Positions 13,567-26,899 are shown, counted from the first letter of the whole stretch. The stretch: 63,410 bases of DNA, filler included, from Octopus bimaculoides (GCF_001194135.2; 6 parts of 6 records of this genome joined end to end with filler, not necessarily neighbours in it); one strand, 5' to 3'. Notes: generated from the letters alone by a model not told the origin. Translations and numbers: made by a program.

Positions 13567-13879
13567 GCCGAGCCGGGTTCTTGAGTACAGACGTTCGTCG
13601 CAGGCTAGGTTCTTGTCTGTTGTCTATCGTGGCGAAGGTGAATCGCACAAACAGAGTTAGAAGTTCTGCGGTAGTTTGGTTAGCTAGTGTACGTAGAAAT
13701 CATGTTGACGATGTTGGCGATGCTGGTAGTCGTAGTGTCGTGTTGACTGGCGGCGATGCTGGTAGTAGTCGTAGAGTTGTGTTGCTGCTGGTAGTCATAG
13801 TTGTACGAAGCTGTGATTGTTGTTACTGGCTGCTGCTGCTGCTCTGTGTGGTACACGGAACAGGTCTCTAAGAGATCTG

Positions 13880-14060
13880 AGCCGAGTCGAATTTGCCGGG
13901 TATAATTTAGTCTATTTAAAGCAAAATAGGGGCTCCAGAGAGGCATTAGAAAAACACTATCACGTGACCTTATTAAGGGCTGTGATTGGTCAGTTTGCGT
14001 TCTGGCGGGAACGGTACGAAGCAGTTGTCGCTTCAAATAATAATCAGTCACGTGAGGAAT
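13880..14060. promoter_or_regulatory. CpG-rich promoter with two CACGTG E-boxes (CLEAR/USF-like), a CCAAT box and a TATA-like element; possibly bidirectional
   Basis: TCACGTGAC 13960-13968, GTCACGTGA 14047-14055, ATTGG 13985-13989 (CCAAT on minus), TTTAAATA on minus near 13913-13920. CpG is locally retained in otherwise CpG-poor DNA. Confidence 0.55.
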
Positions 14061-14780
14061 ACAGTAGGCTGTTCTCTACTATGCCCGAACTTGATTATAT
14101 TTATAACAGCGAGAGAAGATGGCTTCTTTGTATATAATGGCGATCGAGGTGTTAGTTTCACTACATATTTTCTTCATATGAATAACCCCTACAAATTTAT
14201 ATAACTGAGACAACTCACCTATTTATCCATTAGTTATTCACATACTTCAAGCGATACATGAGCATGAATATCGAAGTAAACTTTGGTAATAATATTAACT
14301 TAGTTTAAACAAGTAATTTTTACTCCATTAATCCCTTATTTTTCCCCCTCTGATTTCCATTTCATTTAACAACACTATCTCTCTCTTTAGATCAATAGAC
14401 CATTCATCACCTTTATATATCATCATACACTTAATATCATACTAGTTCATACAAGCATCATTTTCCTATATATATAACATTGCCTTAATCTTTATTACCA
14501 CACGTCTATCGTGTGTATGTGCGTACACATATACGTATGTGTATGTATGTATGTATATGAACATGTGCATATATATATATATATATATATATTTATATGC
14601 ATTTATGTCAACACTGCATGTATAAATACAAGATTAATTCCCCTTTGCGGTCCCATTATACATAAAACACTCTTCTCCCATTTTTAATCAGGTTTTAAAT
14701 CATTTTATTGACTTCCCATTCTAAATTCTAATTTTCTTCTTTTCCTTCTTTTCTTCCCTCCTTGTCCAACGTACTGTCTC

Positions 14781-14793
14781 GTAGCGTTGCAAC
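14781..14793. promoter_or_regulatory. RFX X-box-like motif, candidate FBXO16 promoter element
   Basis: GTAGCGTTGCAAC resembles GTNRC-N(0-3)-RGYAAC and sits in a small CpG-containing patch upstream of the FBXO16 exon. Confidence 0.35.
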
Positions 14794-16145
14794 TTCCAAC
14801 GGTGTTTTCAAATAAGATATGTAGCAATCTTCTCTACCCACAGTTATCACATTCGGTTAAAATGTCTCACGGTTAAGTTGGATCTTATGNNNNNNNNNNN
14901 NNNNNNNNNNNNNNNNNNNNNNNNNNNNNNNNNNNNNNNNNNNNNNNNNNNNNNNNNNNNNNNNNNNNNNNNNNNNNNNNNNNNNNNNNNNNNNNNNNNN
15001 NNNNNNNNNNNNNNNNNNNNNNNNNNNNNNNNNNNNNNNNNNNNNNNNNNNNNNNNNNNNNNNNNNNNNNNNNNNNNNNNNNNNNNNNNNNNNNNNNNNN
15101 NNNNNNNNNNNNNNNNNNNNNNNNNNNNNNNNNNNNNNNNNNNNNNNNNNNNNNNNNNNNNNNNNNNNNNNNNNNNNNNNNNNNNNNNNNNNNNNNNNNN
15201 NNNNNNNNNNNNNNNNNNNNNNNNNNNNNNNNNNNNNNNNNNNNNNNNNNNNNNNNNNNNNNNNNNNNNNNNNNNNNNNNNNNNNNNNNNNNNNNNNNNA
15301 TATATATATGTATATATATATACACGTATACATGTATATATACATACATACACATACATAGTTATATTCACATTTTTGATGCAAATTGAATGAAAGGAGT
15401 GTATTGTTTTTTTATATAATACTTTTCTTTTTTTTATATAACATTCATTTACATTATATGGAAAGCAAGTCGACATATAGATATATAATACCAATGTAAT
15501 CTTAATATTTCTTCTGTTGAAAAGAAAATGAATACAAGCAATGCAGGAAAATAGTTGAGAATGTATAATTTAAAGCAAATGAAATATTGCAAAGCAATTT
15601 TTAACAGAACATGCATTCAACATCAAAAACAATGATGAATAAATGAAAAGTATCATATGAAAAGAAGACAGTGAAACATAAGCTGCAATGATTCTTTTTA
15701 ATGTAGGTTCAAAGACTAACATAAACTGCAATCATAAGCAAAATTTCAACACAAAACATCAACAACAGAAACAGGGTTAAAGGTAGAATATTAAATAAGC
15801 AGGAAGAAACACACTAATAATATGTAAGAAAAAAGTAATGAGAAATGACTTATATCACACACAAGTAACAAATGAAGTTGCAAGCACATTTGAATATATG
15901 TTTTGCGAAGTATAAGTTAAAAAATCATGTTGCTTTCTTGCATGCACACAAATTGTATCCTAAACATGAAAACTTCTCTCTTAGCAGTACTCAGCATGAA
16001 GGAGGTCATTGCGCATGCGTTACTTGAAGGCCATAGTAAACATGTATTTTTTTTTTAATATATATGGTAGGTGGTAGATAATATATACATGTGTATTTAT
16101 ACATGTCTCTCTCTCTTTCTCTCTCTCTCTTTCTCTCTCTCTCTT

Positions 16146-16223
<78 letters not shown>

Positions 16224-16226
<3 letters not shown>

Positions 16227-16684
16227 TTAGGGAAAATAACCAAGTTTCAAGAACTCATTGATGAAAATCCACTATCACATATAGAAAAATTAACAATTAA
16301 AAGCACAATAAATGAGTATAATATAAAGTAAAGTAAATATCATAAGATAAATATAATATAATATACTCTTCTGTAATGGATTACTGTGTGGTCTGTTAGC
16401 CAAGTCCATTAGAGATGCATTTTGTGATAACCATATGATTATATTATATTTATCTTATGATATTTACTTTACTTTATATTATACTCATTTATTGTGCTTT
16501 TAATTGTTAATTTTTCTATATGTGATAGTGGATTTTCATCGATGAGTTCTTGAAACTTGGTTATTTTCCCTAAAACTATATATTTTATATATATTTTATC
16601 TATAAAGCTCAATTTAATTTTAATTTTTTATAAATTGATTTTAATTGAGTTTTTACCTGTAATTTTGGATTTTGTCCCTAATAT

Positions 16685-16730
<46 letters not shown>

Positions 16731-16858
16731 GTGTGTGTGTGTGTATGTGTGTACATAAAATTTTAGTATAAGATATGAGAATCATACGGTTATCACAAAA
16801 TGCATCTCTAATGGACTTGGCTAACAGACCACACAGTAATCCATTACAGAGGAGTATA
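16224..16858. repeat. Nested inverted duplication A-B-A'-(spacer)-B'
   Basis: A 16224-16362 and A' 16441-16576 are near-perfect inverted copies; B 16363-16440 and B' 16778-16858 are inverted copies. Confidence 0.85.
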
Positions 16859-17039
16859 ATGCAGAATGTCCATGCAACTTAAATCTAGATCAAATCAATG
16901 AAATCATTTCATGAGGAGTTTGTAAACCATAAAGTGTCAGGAGATATGAGAACAGAATATATTTACTTAAACACTTGACTTCAGTTAGATTACAGCCTTT
17001 TCACAACCTTCTTCCTGTAGCTATAATTTCAATGTAGAA

Positions 17040-17280
17040 TAAATTATATTTACATTTTTGCAATGAATTATGCAATACTATTGTATATTCACATGTCAAT
17101 GCAAATAACGAAAGCTAGCTCATCAGATCACCAGAACATCATGATTACATCACGTTGAATCATTGGTATAATCGTGATGTTCTAGTAATCTGATAAGCTA
17201 GCTTCTTTATCTGCATAGATTTGTGAATATATAGTTGTATTGTATAATGCATAGCATGCATATTTCTGTAAATATAATTT
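17040..17280. repeat. Degenerate fold-back palindrome
   Basis: GCTAGCTCATCAGATCACCAGAACATCATGATTA pairs with TAATCGTGATGTTCTAGTAATCTGATAAGCTAGC; the outer arms pair loosely. Confidence 0.7.
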
Positions 17281-17579
17281 ATCTGACACTGAAATTATTA
17301 CATGAAGGAGGCTGCAAAACAGTTGTAATCCTATGGATGTCAAGTGGTTAAATAAATTTATTCACCTCTCATACTTCAACCTATTGTTGTAATAGCGTTT
17401 TATATGTGCACAATGTAAAAATTGGTGTGTTATGGGCACTGTATGCATAGTGCCAATGTTTGTGATTATGTGGAATCTGTGTTGTATAAATATAATCTTA
17501 ATACTGAAGAAATTTATTTAAGTCAACTAATTAACAATAAAGGTGCTAATTATCTAGAAGTATAAATGCCAGAGTAAGA

Positions 17580-18100
17580 ACATGACAAAAAAAAAAGTTC
17601 AGGGAATTTTACCACTGCTAGCAGTAAAGAGTTTCTCTCTCAGAGTTAAGAGTAAACTGTGAAATGTTTATGTATAAAGTACACTGCTGCACAGTAGTGA
17701 AAAGTAGGCTTTGGATGCAGAGAATTTGTGAAGGTTGGAAAGAAATGAAGTGAAGATGTTCTACTGAATGTGTAAAGTTAATGCACATGAATGATGGAGC
17801 ACAGATAAGCTGGGAGGATAACTGGATATCAGAGGAATCTGATGTAATGTGTGAGAGAAAAGATTGCTGGTATAGTCATGTTATGTATACAGAGGATGCT
17901 AATTACCAGAAGTGCTGTCCAATTAAAGTGGACAGAAACTGTGAAAGAGAGGGACTAAAGAAGACATGGGACTACATGATGAAAACTAATCTTAAGATGC
18001 TGAACCACATGGAGGAGATGACAAAGGACTGTGATTAGTTGTGAAGTGCTGTGCTGAAGAGGACTCACCAAACCCATGTAGGGAAAAATGATCATAAAGA
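17580..18100 (+). mobile_element. RTE LINE 3' remnant
   Basis: RKDCWYSHV...NCEREGLKKTWDYMMKTNLKML resembles the RTE C-terminus (RLRWYGHV...RGRPRKTW). Confidence 0.6.
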
Positions 18101-18415
18101 TTTATGGTGATAGAGATTGAGATGTATAATTTTATATTTGGCTCCTTCCTGACCATTTTGTTCATATTAAAACTTTTAAATATTCTTTCTCCTCTTTGTA
18201 ATTCTTATTTATCACTCTCACTTCCAATTAATGCACCCCTACTCTTGTATGTATCTCAGTCCATATTCACTCTCCACTTTACCTTTCCCTCATTTTTATT
18301 GCTAGCCATTACTGTCTGTCTTCCCCATTATTCCCTCACCTTTTATGTATTAGTGATGTCCCACTATTCATCACTCCTACTCTTTTACTATCACCCATCA
18401 TCATTGCTATCTGTC

Positions 18416-18450
<35 letters not shown>

Positions 18451-20112
18451 CTCCCTTCACACTCTTCCTCAGCACTCTCCCATTACTCTTTCACTTTCAT
18501 TACTTTTCTATTATCCTGTCTCCCTTTTCTTTCTCTCTTCTATCATATCAATTATGCTATCTCTGTTGAATCTCCTTACTATTAATCTGATCATTATGTA
18601 GCTGCTTATTAAGCTCTCTTTTTTTTTATTCTTACTCTTTCACTCCTACCGTTATAGTTCTCTTTCATTACTCTATCTTCTGCCTGTCAAGGATAAGATA
18701 ACTCTATGGTGCTAGTTAACAAACAAATGTGACTTCGGTGTTGCTGAGGTCAAGATAATTTCTCTAAAGCTGGTATCACAATAAAATGCATCCAGTATAT
18801 TCTGTAAAATGCTGAGAACTCTTCTTTCTTGCTTAGGATATAACAATCTCTTTGTGTGAATTCCAGAATAAATACTACCAGTACACTCTGTAAATGGGTT
18901 GGCAATGGAAAATGTGCCAAAAATGAAATGTACAAGTGAGACATGACTATAACCCTTTCCGGAGAGCAACAACTCTGAATATGAACTGACTCAATACTTG
19001 TAAGCACATCAAACTCATGCCAACATATAAAACTGTATGTAAAAACGGTGATGATGCATGGGGATGCATGGTATGATTGTTGTTTATCCCCAAGTCAGCC
19101 TGATTGAGCTGACTTACAAGTATTCCAAGTGATCATCCCATCTTCCACAGAAATATAATGCACCTGGAGCTAGAGTATAATTTTGGTGCTATTTTTAGCA
19201 CACATACCATCATTGGCTCATTAGCTTGATTGTTGAATAATTGTGTCATATGCGAATGTAGTTATTGCTGTTGCAGCACTCTGTTCAACACTTAGCCAAA
19301 GGAGATAGCTTATCAAAAGACGCAAGCATTTGATTAGCTTTTCAAAACATGAACAACCATATTTTATTGTGGTGAATGGTAGCTTTTGCCTTCAGATTTA
19401 ACATATGTAGTTCCTTTAAGAGTTTGTTAACATAGATTTGATTACTATATCAATTGGGCAAAATAACTACATGGAAACTCCCACATATAGTAGAGGTTCT
19501 TTTGTTGGTTTACTTCAGAAGGTCTCTTCTTTCACCCAGTGTAGAAGCCCTCTGATTGGGTTGATATATAAGTTTCCTTCACTTAACTCAGATGCTTCCC
19601 TATTCAATTAACTTGGAATGCTGGTTTGTATTGTTATTTATTGTTTCTTTAAAAGCACCTGCCAGCAATTCACTGTACTGTTCTGATTGTAACATATATA
19701 TTATAGTGTTAGATAACCAGATAGTGTTTATATATTCCACTAGTGGTAATGTGATTGTTTTATAAGAGTAGCAGTTTGTCAGATAGAGGAAAAAATTATG
19801 AAGTGAAAATTACTTTTTATGCTTTTGTTATTATATTTTATATGTGTGTTGTGTGTATAGTTTTAGCACAAAATTGAATCTTAGTATGTTGGCAATGCTC
19901 ATTAAGGGTCAGAAACTGAATACACTAGATTTAAATGTCTTTGCCAGAGATACTGCTAATAGTATACAATCTATTTACAACTCTCTAACTAATCAGCTGG
20001 TACCCTAATGATCTATCTATTGGCTTTGATAAATCATATACATCATATAAATTTATTAGACAATTTCTTATGTAATTATCTCTAAATTTAAATTTCTAAC
20101 TTTTTATTCTAG

Positions 20113-20319
20113 TTTGAAAAATGGTCAGACGAGCAACGATCTTTTATGCTTTTATCAATGGTGAAAGGATGCAGCCCCAAGCGACTTCAGTTTGTTAAAC
20201 AGTGTATCGATGAACATCTACCTGTTTGTCAAGAGGACTTTACTCGTGTTTTACCTCGTGTCCTTAGTCTCTTCATCTTCTCCTATCTTGACCCACGAAG
20301 CCTCTGTAGATGTTCTCAA
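20113..20319 (+). CDS. FBXO16: Internal coding exon of F-box only protein 16 (N-terminal part of the F-box); other exons not found in the window
   Basis: Acceptor tttttattctag| and donor |gtaag, 207 nt, phase 0/0. Translates [69 protein letters not shown], closely matching vertebrate FBXO16 as I recall it (FDKW...[28 protein letters not shown]). ECT2L is the next-best relative. Confidence 0.88.
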
Positions 20320-21100
20320 GTAAGAATTTTTGTTTGTTTCTTGTTCCATTCATTCATTTGGTGTTTTCTTTTTTTTTTTAATTTTGGAGAAAAAGGAAAA
20401 TTTCTATGACTATCACAGAATGATGAGACTGAAGTAGTTACTTTACAGTTTGAACATCTTATGTTAATGTCTGAATTAAAAACATGGGCCAAAAGTGGAT
20501 TTTAGAGGTTTGCAGTTTGGAGGCAGTAGGATTGGGTAAAGTATATAGTGCAGTATCTCAATCAAGTTAGCAAGATAAATATGTTCAGAGAAGCAAAAGT
20601 CATAGTAGTAGCAGGTGGAGAGACAGTGGTAATAGCAATGATAATACCCATAGATACAAAACATTGACTACTTTTACTGATATACATTGTTTTGTGTTAT
20701 TGGACAAAGCACTCAACATTCTTGTCCCGCTTGCATGGAAGTACCACAAATAAGAGACCGACAAGTTGCTGAGGTGTTAAATTCATTGCTCACTGATACA
20801 TTGTTGCTGTCATTGTTTGTCATCACTTCTACCATTCACCATTGTTGTTACTACTTGTGGAAACACTACCCTCTACGCAATTTTCTTCTTTTCTATGTAA
20901 TACATATATTATTTGATCTTTCTGGATATTATCATAATTTATGTGATATATATATAGTATCTCATTTTTCTGTATATATATCACGACATTATCCAACAAG
21001 TCCTTAATTTTTAAAAACGACCAGCATTCATAAAATATTTAAACATGGAAGAGAAACAGTTAAATTAATAACTTAAGCATTTATATAAAAAAATAGATCA

Positions 21101-21275
21101 TCATCATCATCATCATCATCATCGTTTAATGTCCGCTTTCCATGCTAGCATGGGTTGGACGATTTGACTGAGGACTGGTGAAACCGGATGGCAACACCAG
21201 GCTCCAATCTAATTTGGCAAAGTTTCTACAGCTGGATGCCCTTCCAAATCCAGGATGCCCTTCCTAACGCCAACA
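21101..21275 (-). mobile_element. RTE-type 3' tail/SINE with (GAT)n end
   Basis: (CAT)n CGTTTAATGTCCGCTTTCCATGCTAGCATGGG; related copies at about 26900-27140 (opposite orientation) and 27150-27370. Confidence 0.7.
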
Positions 21276-22582
21276 CCCAATTAATAGAACAGTGTAACAT
21301 GAAAGTGCATTGGTTGTAATGAAGCAGCTCAGTTGTGGATGCATTGATATTTCAATGCTCACTATTATGTCAGCCAGTGGCATTGCAGTGAAGCACCTAA
21401 GCCATAGTTGTAATGACACAGATCAGTGATTCTAGTGACAAAGCTCAGAGCTGGGTGCATTGAAACAATTAAGAGGTAGTTGTAATGACACAATTAGGCA
21501 ATAGGTGTAATAACACAAATAAGTTGTGGGTGTAATGAGATCTCAAAAGTCCTTGAAATGACATGCTTCAGTGATGGTTTAAGTGACATAACTCAGTAGT
21601 TGTTGTCATAACAAAACTGTAGTGATTTAATGAAACAGATCAGCGTTGCTTGTAAATAACTCAGCTTTTCAATTTACATTGTTGATTGTCCTAAAACAAT
21701 TCAATTAGTGCAGTATTGAAACAGCTAGGTGATGTAATGAAATGATGCAGTGGTGGTTAAAAAATAACTCATCTTCTGTGTCTTAGCTTTGGAGACTGAA
21801 CTGCAAACCAATTCTTCTCTGCTTGGAAGATCTTAGTCAGTCTTTTTTGCTTGATAGAATGAGATACATTTTATCTTTAAGTTCATATCCAGACATTTGG
21901 CTCAGTGTTTTGGACCTATTATTCTCTGATTCAGTTGTCATTCCTTCCATTTGGCTGCCTAATATTCAAGCTCCCTTGTATACACTTGGGAAACATCCAT
22001 TTTGTAATAGTACACATGTAAATTGGAAAAAATGTTAAAATTTAATGTAACAAACATTAGCATATAGATTTCAAAAAGTGATATTTGTGGAGAATCATAA
22101 TCTCAGATATTTAAAACATAAAACTGGAAAGGTTTCCAAAATGAAAAAAACAAACATTTTTAATTAAAAAAACAAAAAAAAAATTATGTGGGATGCAAAC
22201 AAATCCCTTCTCCACTTTTTTTTGCAGAATTGCAATCTTTGATACTTAAAATATGCACATCTGGGGAATAATTTCTGACACTATTCTAAAAGACTTAAAT
22301 GATGATGATGATGATGATGATGATGATAACAATGGTGGTAATCTCATCAGCATTATTGTTGTTATCAAAGTAAAGCCTAATAAGAAATTCATCTATCAGT
22401 AACTACTATAATTTCATTTGGAGACCAATTAAGATTTTTTTCTATGGATTGTACAATATTTTGTCTTAAAATGAAAATATATGTATATATCTTTCCTGTT
22501 ATGCCTTGACTTCTATCTTCTCTTCTGTTTTGAGATCAGCTCTGAATCTCCTCTACAAGTTCTGGCTTCTTCTTTTCAGTTG

Positions 22583-25500
22583 TGTTATGTTAGTCAGTGA
22601 TGATATATGATGTATGCATGTGTAACAATATATCACAGTAGCAAAGTAACGAGAATAAGCAAAGTAACGAGAATTGGTTATCTTATTATAACAGTTCACA
22701 CAATAAAAATCCAATACTCTAATGCAGAATCAATAACAAGACTAGTACCCTCAGTTTGATCTCAACTGTCTACTGGTTCATCTATTCATAAAACTCATCC
22801 AGTTCACTGACAGTCACGTGTGGGGTGTCAGTTCACTCCACAACATCTCATCTTTTAAACTATACACTTCTAGGAGAGTGTGGGTGTACACATCTATTTA
22901 TTTATATTTTTTTATTCCTACCCCACATCTTCCCTTTTAAAAGAATTAAGTCCAAATGGAGTTCAATACTCTTTCCTCTTCAGGTCAACCATTAAAGCTC
23001 TGGAAATGTCTAGTACTACTCCAAACAGGTGTGTCAGTTTTATCTGCTTTTGGCACTTCAAACATAGTGTATCTTTTTCTCAACTGGTTTGCATGTCTTG
23101 AAATTGAACCCTTGTCCTTTTGCCTTTTTTACCATATAGATAATTTTTCCAATTCTCTTACAAATAATACCATCCTCCCATGATTGTTTCCTATATCTGT
23201 ATGTTTCAAAAAGCACTTTTTCACCATAGTGCTTTTGTCATTGTTATTCCAAGTTCTTTTTTTCCCTGCTTGACAGCAGTTTGTCGAATGTGGATGTAAT
23301 CTTTCTCGCAAACATTAGTTTGGCTGGGGATCTACCTGACGGTGCATTTGGGTTAACTCTATATACACTTAGAAATTTTATTAATGCCAGGTCATCAATC
23401 CTTCCTTTGTTCACTTTTCTTAATACCCTCTTGAACATACCCATGAACCATTCCACCTGACCATTTGACTGTGGATGATACGGTGGCGTGGTTATATGAC
23501 CAATTTGGGACATCTGGCAGAAATCTCTGAATTGAGATCCTGTAAAGTTTGTTCCCTTATCGGACACAATGGTATCCAGTATATTATATTGAGCAAATAC
23601 CTTATGAAGGAAATCAATTATTGCAGAGGATGTAGGATGTCTACATTTACATACTTCTGGCCATTTTGCATAGCTATCCACTACTATTAGATAATAGTTT
23701 CCATATAGTGGGCCTGCAAAGTCAATGTGAAGCCTGGACCATGGTGTCTCAGTCTTTGGCCACTTTGGTATCTTATAGTAGGTGATTTTGTTGTCTGAGC
23801 ACAGCCTCTGTAAAATCTTACAAGATTTTCGATATCTTTATCCATCTTCGGCCAATACACATAACTTCTCATAAGTGCTTTTATGCACAACATTCTTTGA
23901 TGTCCAACCTGAAAATCTTTCAGAATTCTTTTACAGTGTAAATGGTACTACAATCCTCTGTGCATACATTAGAATGTTGTTGCATACAGAATATGAGTTT
24001 GAATTAAAATTTTCAGGCCAGCATGTATTTACTTTTTTTTTAAAAGTGACTTTCATTTTAGTTGTTTTGTCATCTTTTGGTACTTTGGCCTTAATTTCCT
24101 CTAAGGAAATTCATTAATCACATTACACAAAATGCTTTTTATCTCTGTTTCAGCTCTTAACAATGTAGTTACACTTTCTTCAAACAATTCAATATTTTTA
24201 GATGTTAACCTAGATAAAGTGTCTGTGTGGCTTAACTTTTTTGAGGAGAGGTATTCCATTTTGAAATTGTAGATCAACAAAATGGTTCCCCATCTTTGCA
24301 AGCTATTGGCAGTATGTGCTGGGATGTCCTCCTTAGAGCCAAATATAGTCAATAAGAGACAATGGTCAGTTTACAGACAAAACCTGTTGCCATGGATGAA
24401 TTTATGGAACGTTTTTACAACTTAAATCATTGCCAAAGCTTCTTTCTCAATCTAGCTATAATTCCTCTCAGCAGACTATAGTGTACGTGATACATGTACT
24501 ACGGGTTTTGTATTACCATCTTCATACTTATGCAAAATTACCACTCCAATGACATAGTCACTGGCATCTGGAGCTACTATAACTTCCTTTTTTGGATCAT
24601 AATGTGCTAAAGATAGCTTGGAATTTAGTATATCTTTTAACTGTTTTAAGGTTTCTTGGCATTTTTGCATCCAATTCCATTTCATTCCTTTCTTTAGCAT
24701 GCAAGTTATGAATGTTAGGGATGTAAATTTGGTAATAATTCACCATACTCAAAAACACTTGTAATGTCACCACATTCTTTGGTGGGGGCATATTTCTGAT
24801 TTCTGATACCCTGGTAGGATCTGGACACCAACCCTTTCTATTTATGATTTGCCCCAAATATCTAATTTTAGACAAAAAAAAATCACACTTATCTGCACTC
24901 AGTTTGAACCCATATTCACTTAGTTTTTTAAATACCTTTTTCATATGTTGTACATGCAAACTTCTTGATTCACTCTTAATCAATATGTCATTGAGATATG
25001 CAATTGTGAGTTCACAGTCCACTAATATTGCGTCCATAGTCTGTTGGAAGATCACTGGTGCGACTTTTATGCCAAATAGTAACCTGTTGTATTTATACAG
25101 CCCTTTATGTGTGTTAATTGTTAGGTATTTAAAGCATTCATTGTCTACTTTAATTCGTAGATGTGCATCAGAGAGATCCAATTTAGAAAATATCTTGCCA
25201 CCATTTAATTTTGCAAATATGTCATCTGGAGTAGGTAGTGGATAGTTGAACATTTTAAGACATTCATTGAACCTAGTGGAAAAATCAGCACACACTCTGA
25301 TTTTATTATTCTTTTTCTTAGTGTACAGTTGGTGATGCCCATTGAGAATATTCCACAATTTGGATAATTACAATTTTTTCTAGTCTCTAACACTTTATCT
25401 GTTCTAATGTTGTGTATGGGACATTTCTTTTTGGTTTAAAAATTGGTACTGCATTCTCTTTCATCTCAAATTATGCTTTTGTTTTCAAATATGCACCTAG

Positions 25501-26872
25501 TTCATCTGAAAATGTCTGGGAATGCTTTCTTTAATTAATTCTTTTTGCAATTTATCCAAGCCGGTGTTAGAACTTGTGCCTGTACCTATTACATTTTTGC
25601 TACAGTGCTTAATGGGTAAATCCTAGAGATCAGGTTTCTGCATTCAAATTGTTCCAAATAGGTTATTGATATTATTTAGCACATATGCCTTTGCTTTTAT
25701 TGTTCTACCTTGGAAAGTCACATTGCAATTGAATTCACCTCTAAACAATAATTTTCTTCCCAAAACACCTCTCGCAACTTTTGTAGTTTTACTTAGTACT
25801 GGTTTAGCTAACATACTCCATGTTTTGTCATTTAATATAGTTATATTGCTCCCAGTATCAAGCTGTAATCTGACATTTGTTCCATTTATTTCTATGTTTG
25901 CAAGCTTCTTATGTATTTCGTTATCCTTATCATTTTCAGATACACTGTATACATTTTTATTATGTTTTGTGTAGGCATCATCTTTGAATTCTTTCCTTAT
26001 TTTTGTGCAACAATGAGAACTTTTGCAACCTTGAAACCACATCCAAAACATTTAAGTTTTTTGAACGGACAGTCAATACTCCAATGCCAAATCAATGAGA
26101 CTAATACCCTCACAGTTCGACTTCAACTGTCTACTGGTTTAATATAAACAGGACCACCTCGTGTTGAACAAAAATCTTTTTTCACTAAAAATTTTTGATA
26201 GTGTGCTGATTGTGTTTTCAAATCATAATTCTCCAGGTTTTTGAGGTAGTATATAATTAATGTACTTTTCATTTTCTCCTAGTGCTAATTTTATTAGCAA
26301 ATGTCTAGTCTTCTGGTCTAGTTTCCCATCTGAACATTTGTTCTTGAATATTTCCTCAAATTGACTATAATAAGCAGCAAATGTGATGCCTTCATCCAGA
26401 TTATATCTAAATTTGTCTATGGAGTTTGCCAACAAATCTGGTGTAAATGCATTTGTAGCATTTTTCATTTCCTTGAGGAGAACCTGTAAGACCTTGTGTT
26501 GATAATAGTTCTTCCATGGTAAATGACAAGATGAATTTTTGTCCTCATAAGCAAAAAATAAACAATTCACAATAATTTGAGTGAGTCTTGAACACTTCTT
26601 GTTTCCAACTGTTATATCATTAGTGGCGATATATGATGTATATGTGTGTGTAACAATAATCACAGTACCAAATATAACTGTATAATAATAAGCAAAGTAA
26701 CAAGAGCTGGTTATCTTATAACCATTCACACAATAACAATCCAATACTCCAATGCCGAATCAATGAGACTAAAACAAACACAGTTCGACTTCAACTGTCT
26801 ACTGGTTCGTCTATTTATAAGACTTATCCAGTCCACTGGCAATCACATGCGGGGGTGTCAGTTCACTCCACA
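22583..26872 (-). mobile_element. Decayed Ty3/Gypsy LTR retrotransposon (gag-PR-RT-RNaseH-INT) with two LTRs of about 260 bp
   Basis: LTRs 26610-26872 and 22583-22842 (TG...CA). Protease LDTG (25644-26051), RT FSKLDLSDA and YLNDILI (24597-25358), RNase H DASD (24476-24700), integrase YWPKM, VSDKGTNF, HPQSNGQ (23244-23893). PPT-like AAAAGATGAGATG before the 3' LTR. Many frameshifts and no TSD seen. Confidence 0.93.
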
Positions 26873-26899
26873 ATAACTTGAATGCTTCATCCTGTAGCA

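Noticed and set aside
13817-14137. 106-aa plus ORF and 123-aa minus ORF over the promoter
   Set aside because: Non-ATG starts, no homology, and overlap with clear promoter motifs; probably chance ORFs in GC-richer DNA.
21151-21175. CTGAGGA-CTGGT-GAAA-CCGG
   Set aside because: Part of an RTE-type tail; the helices do not form.
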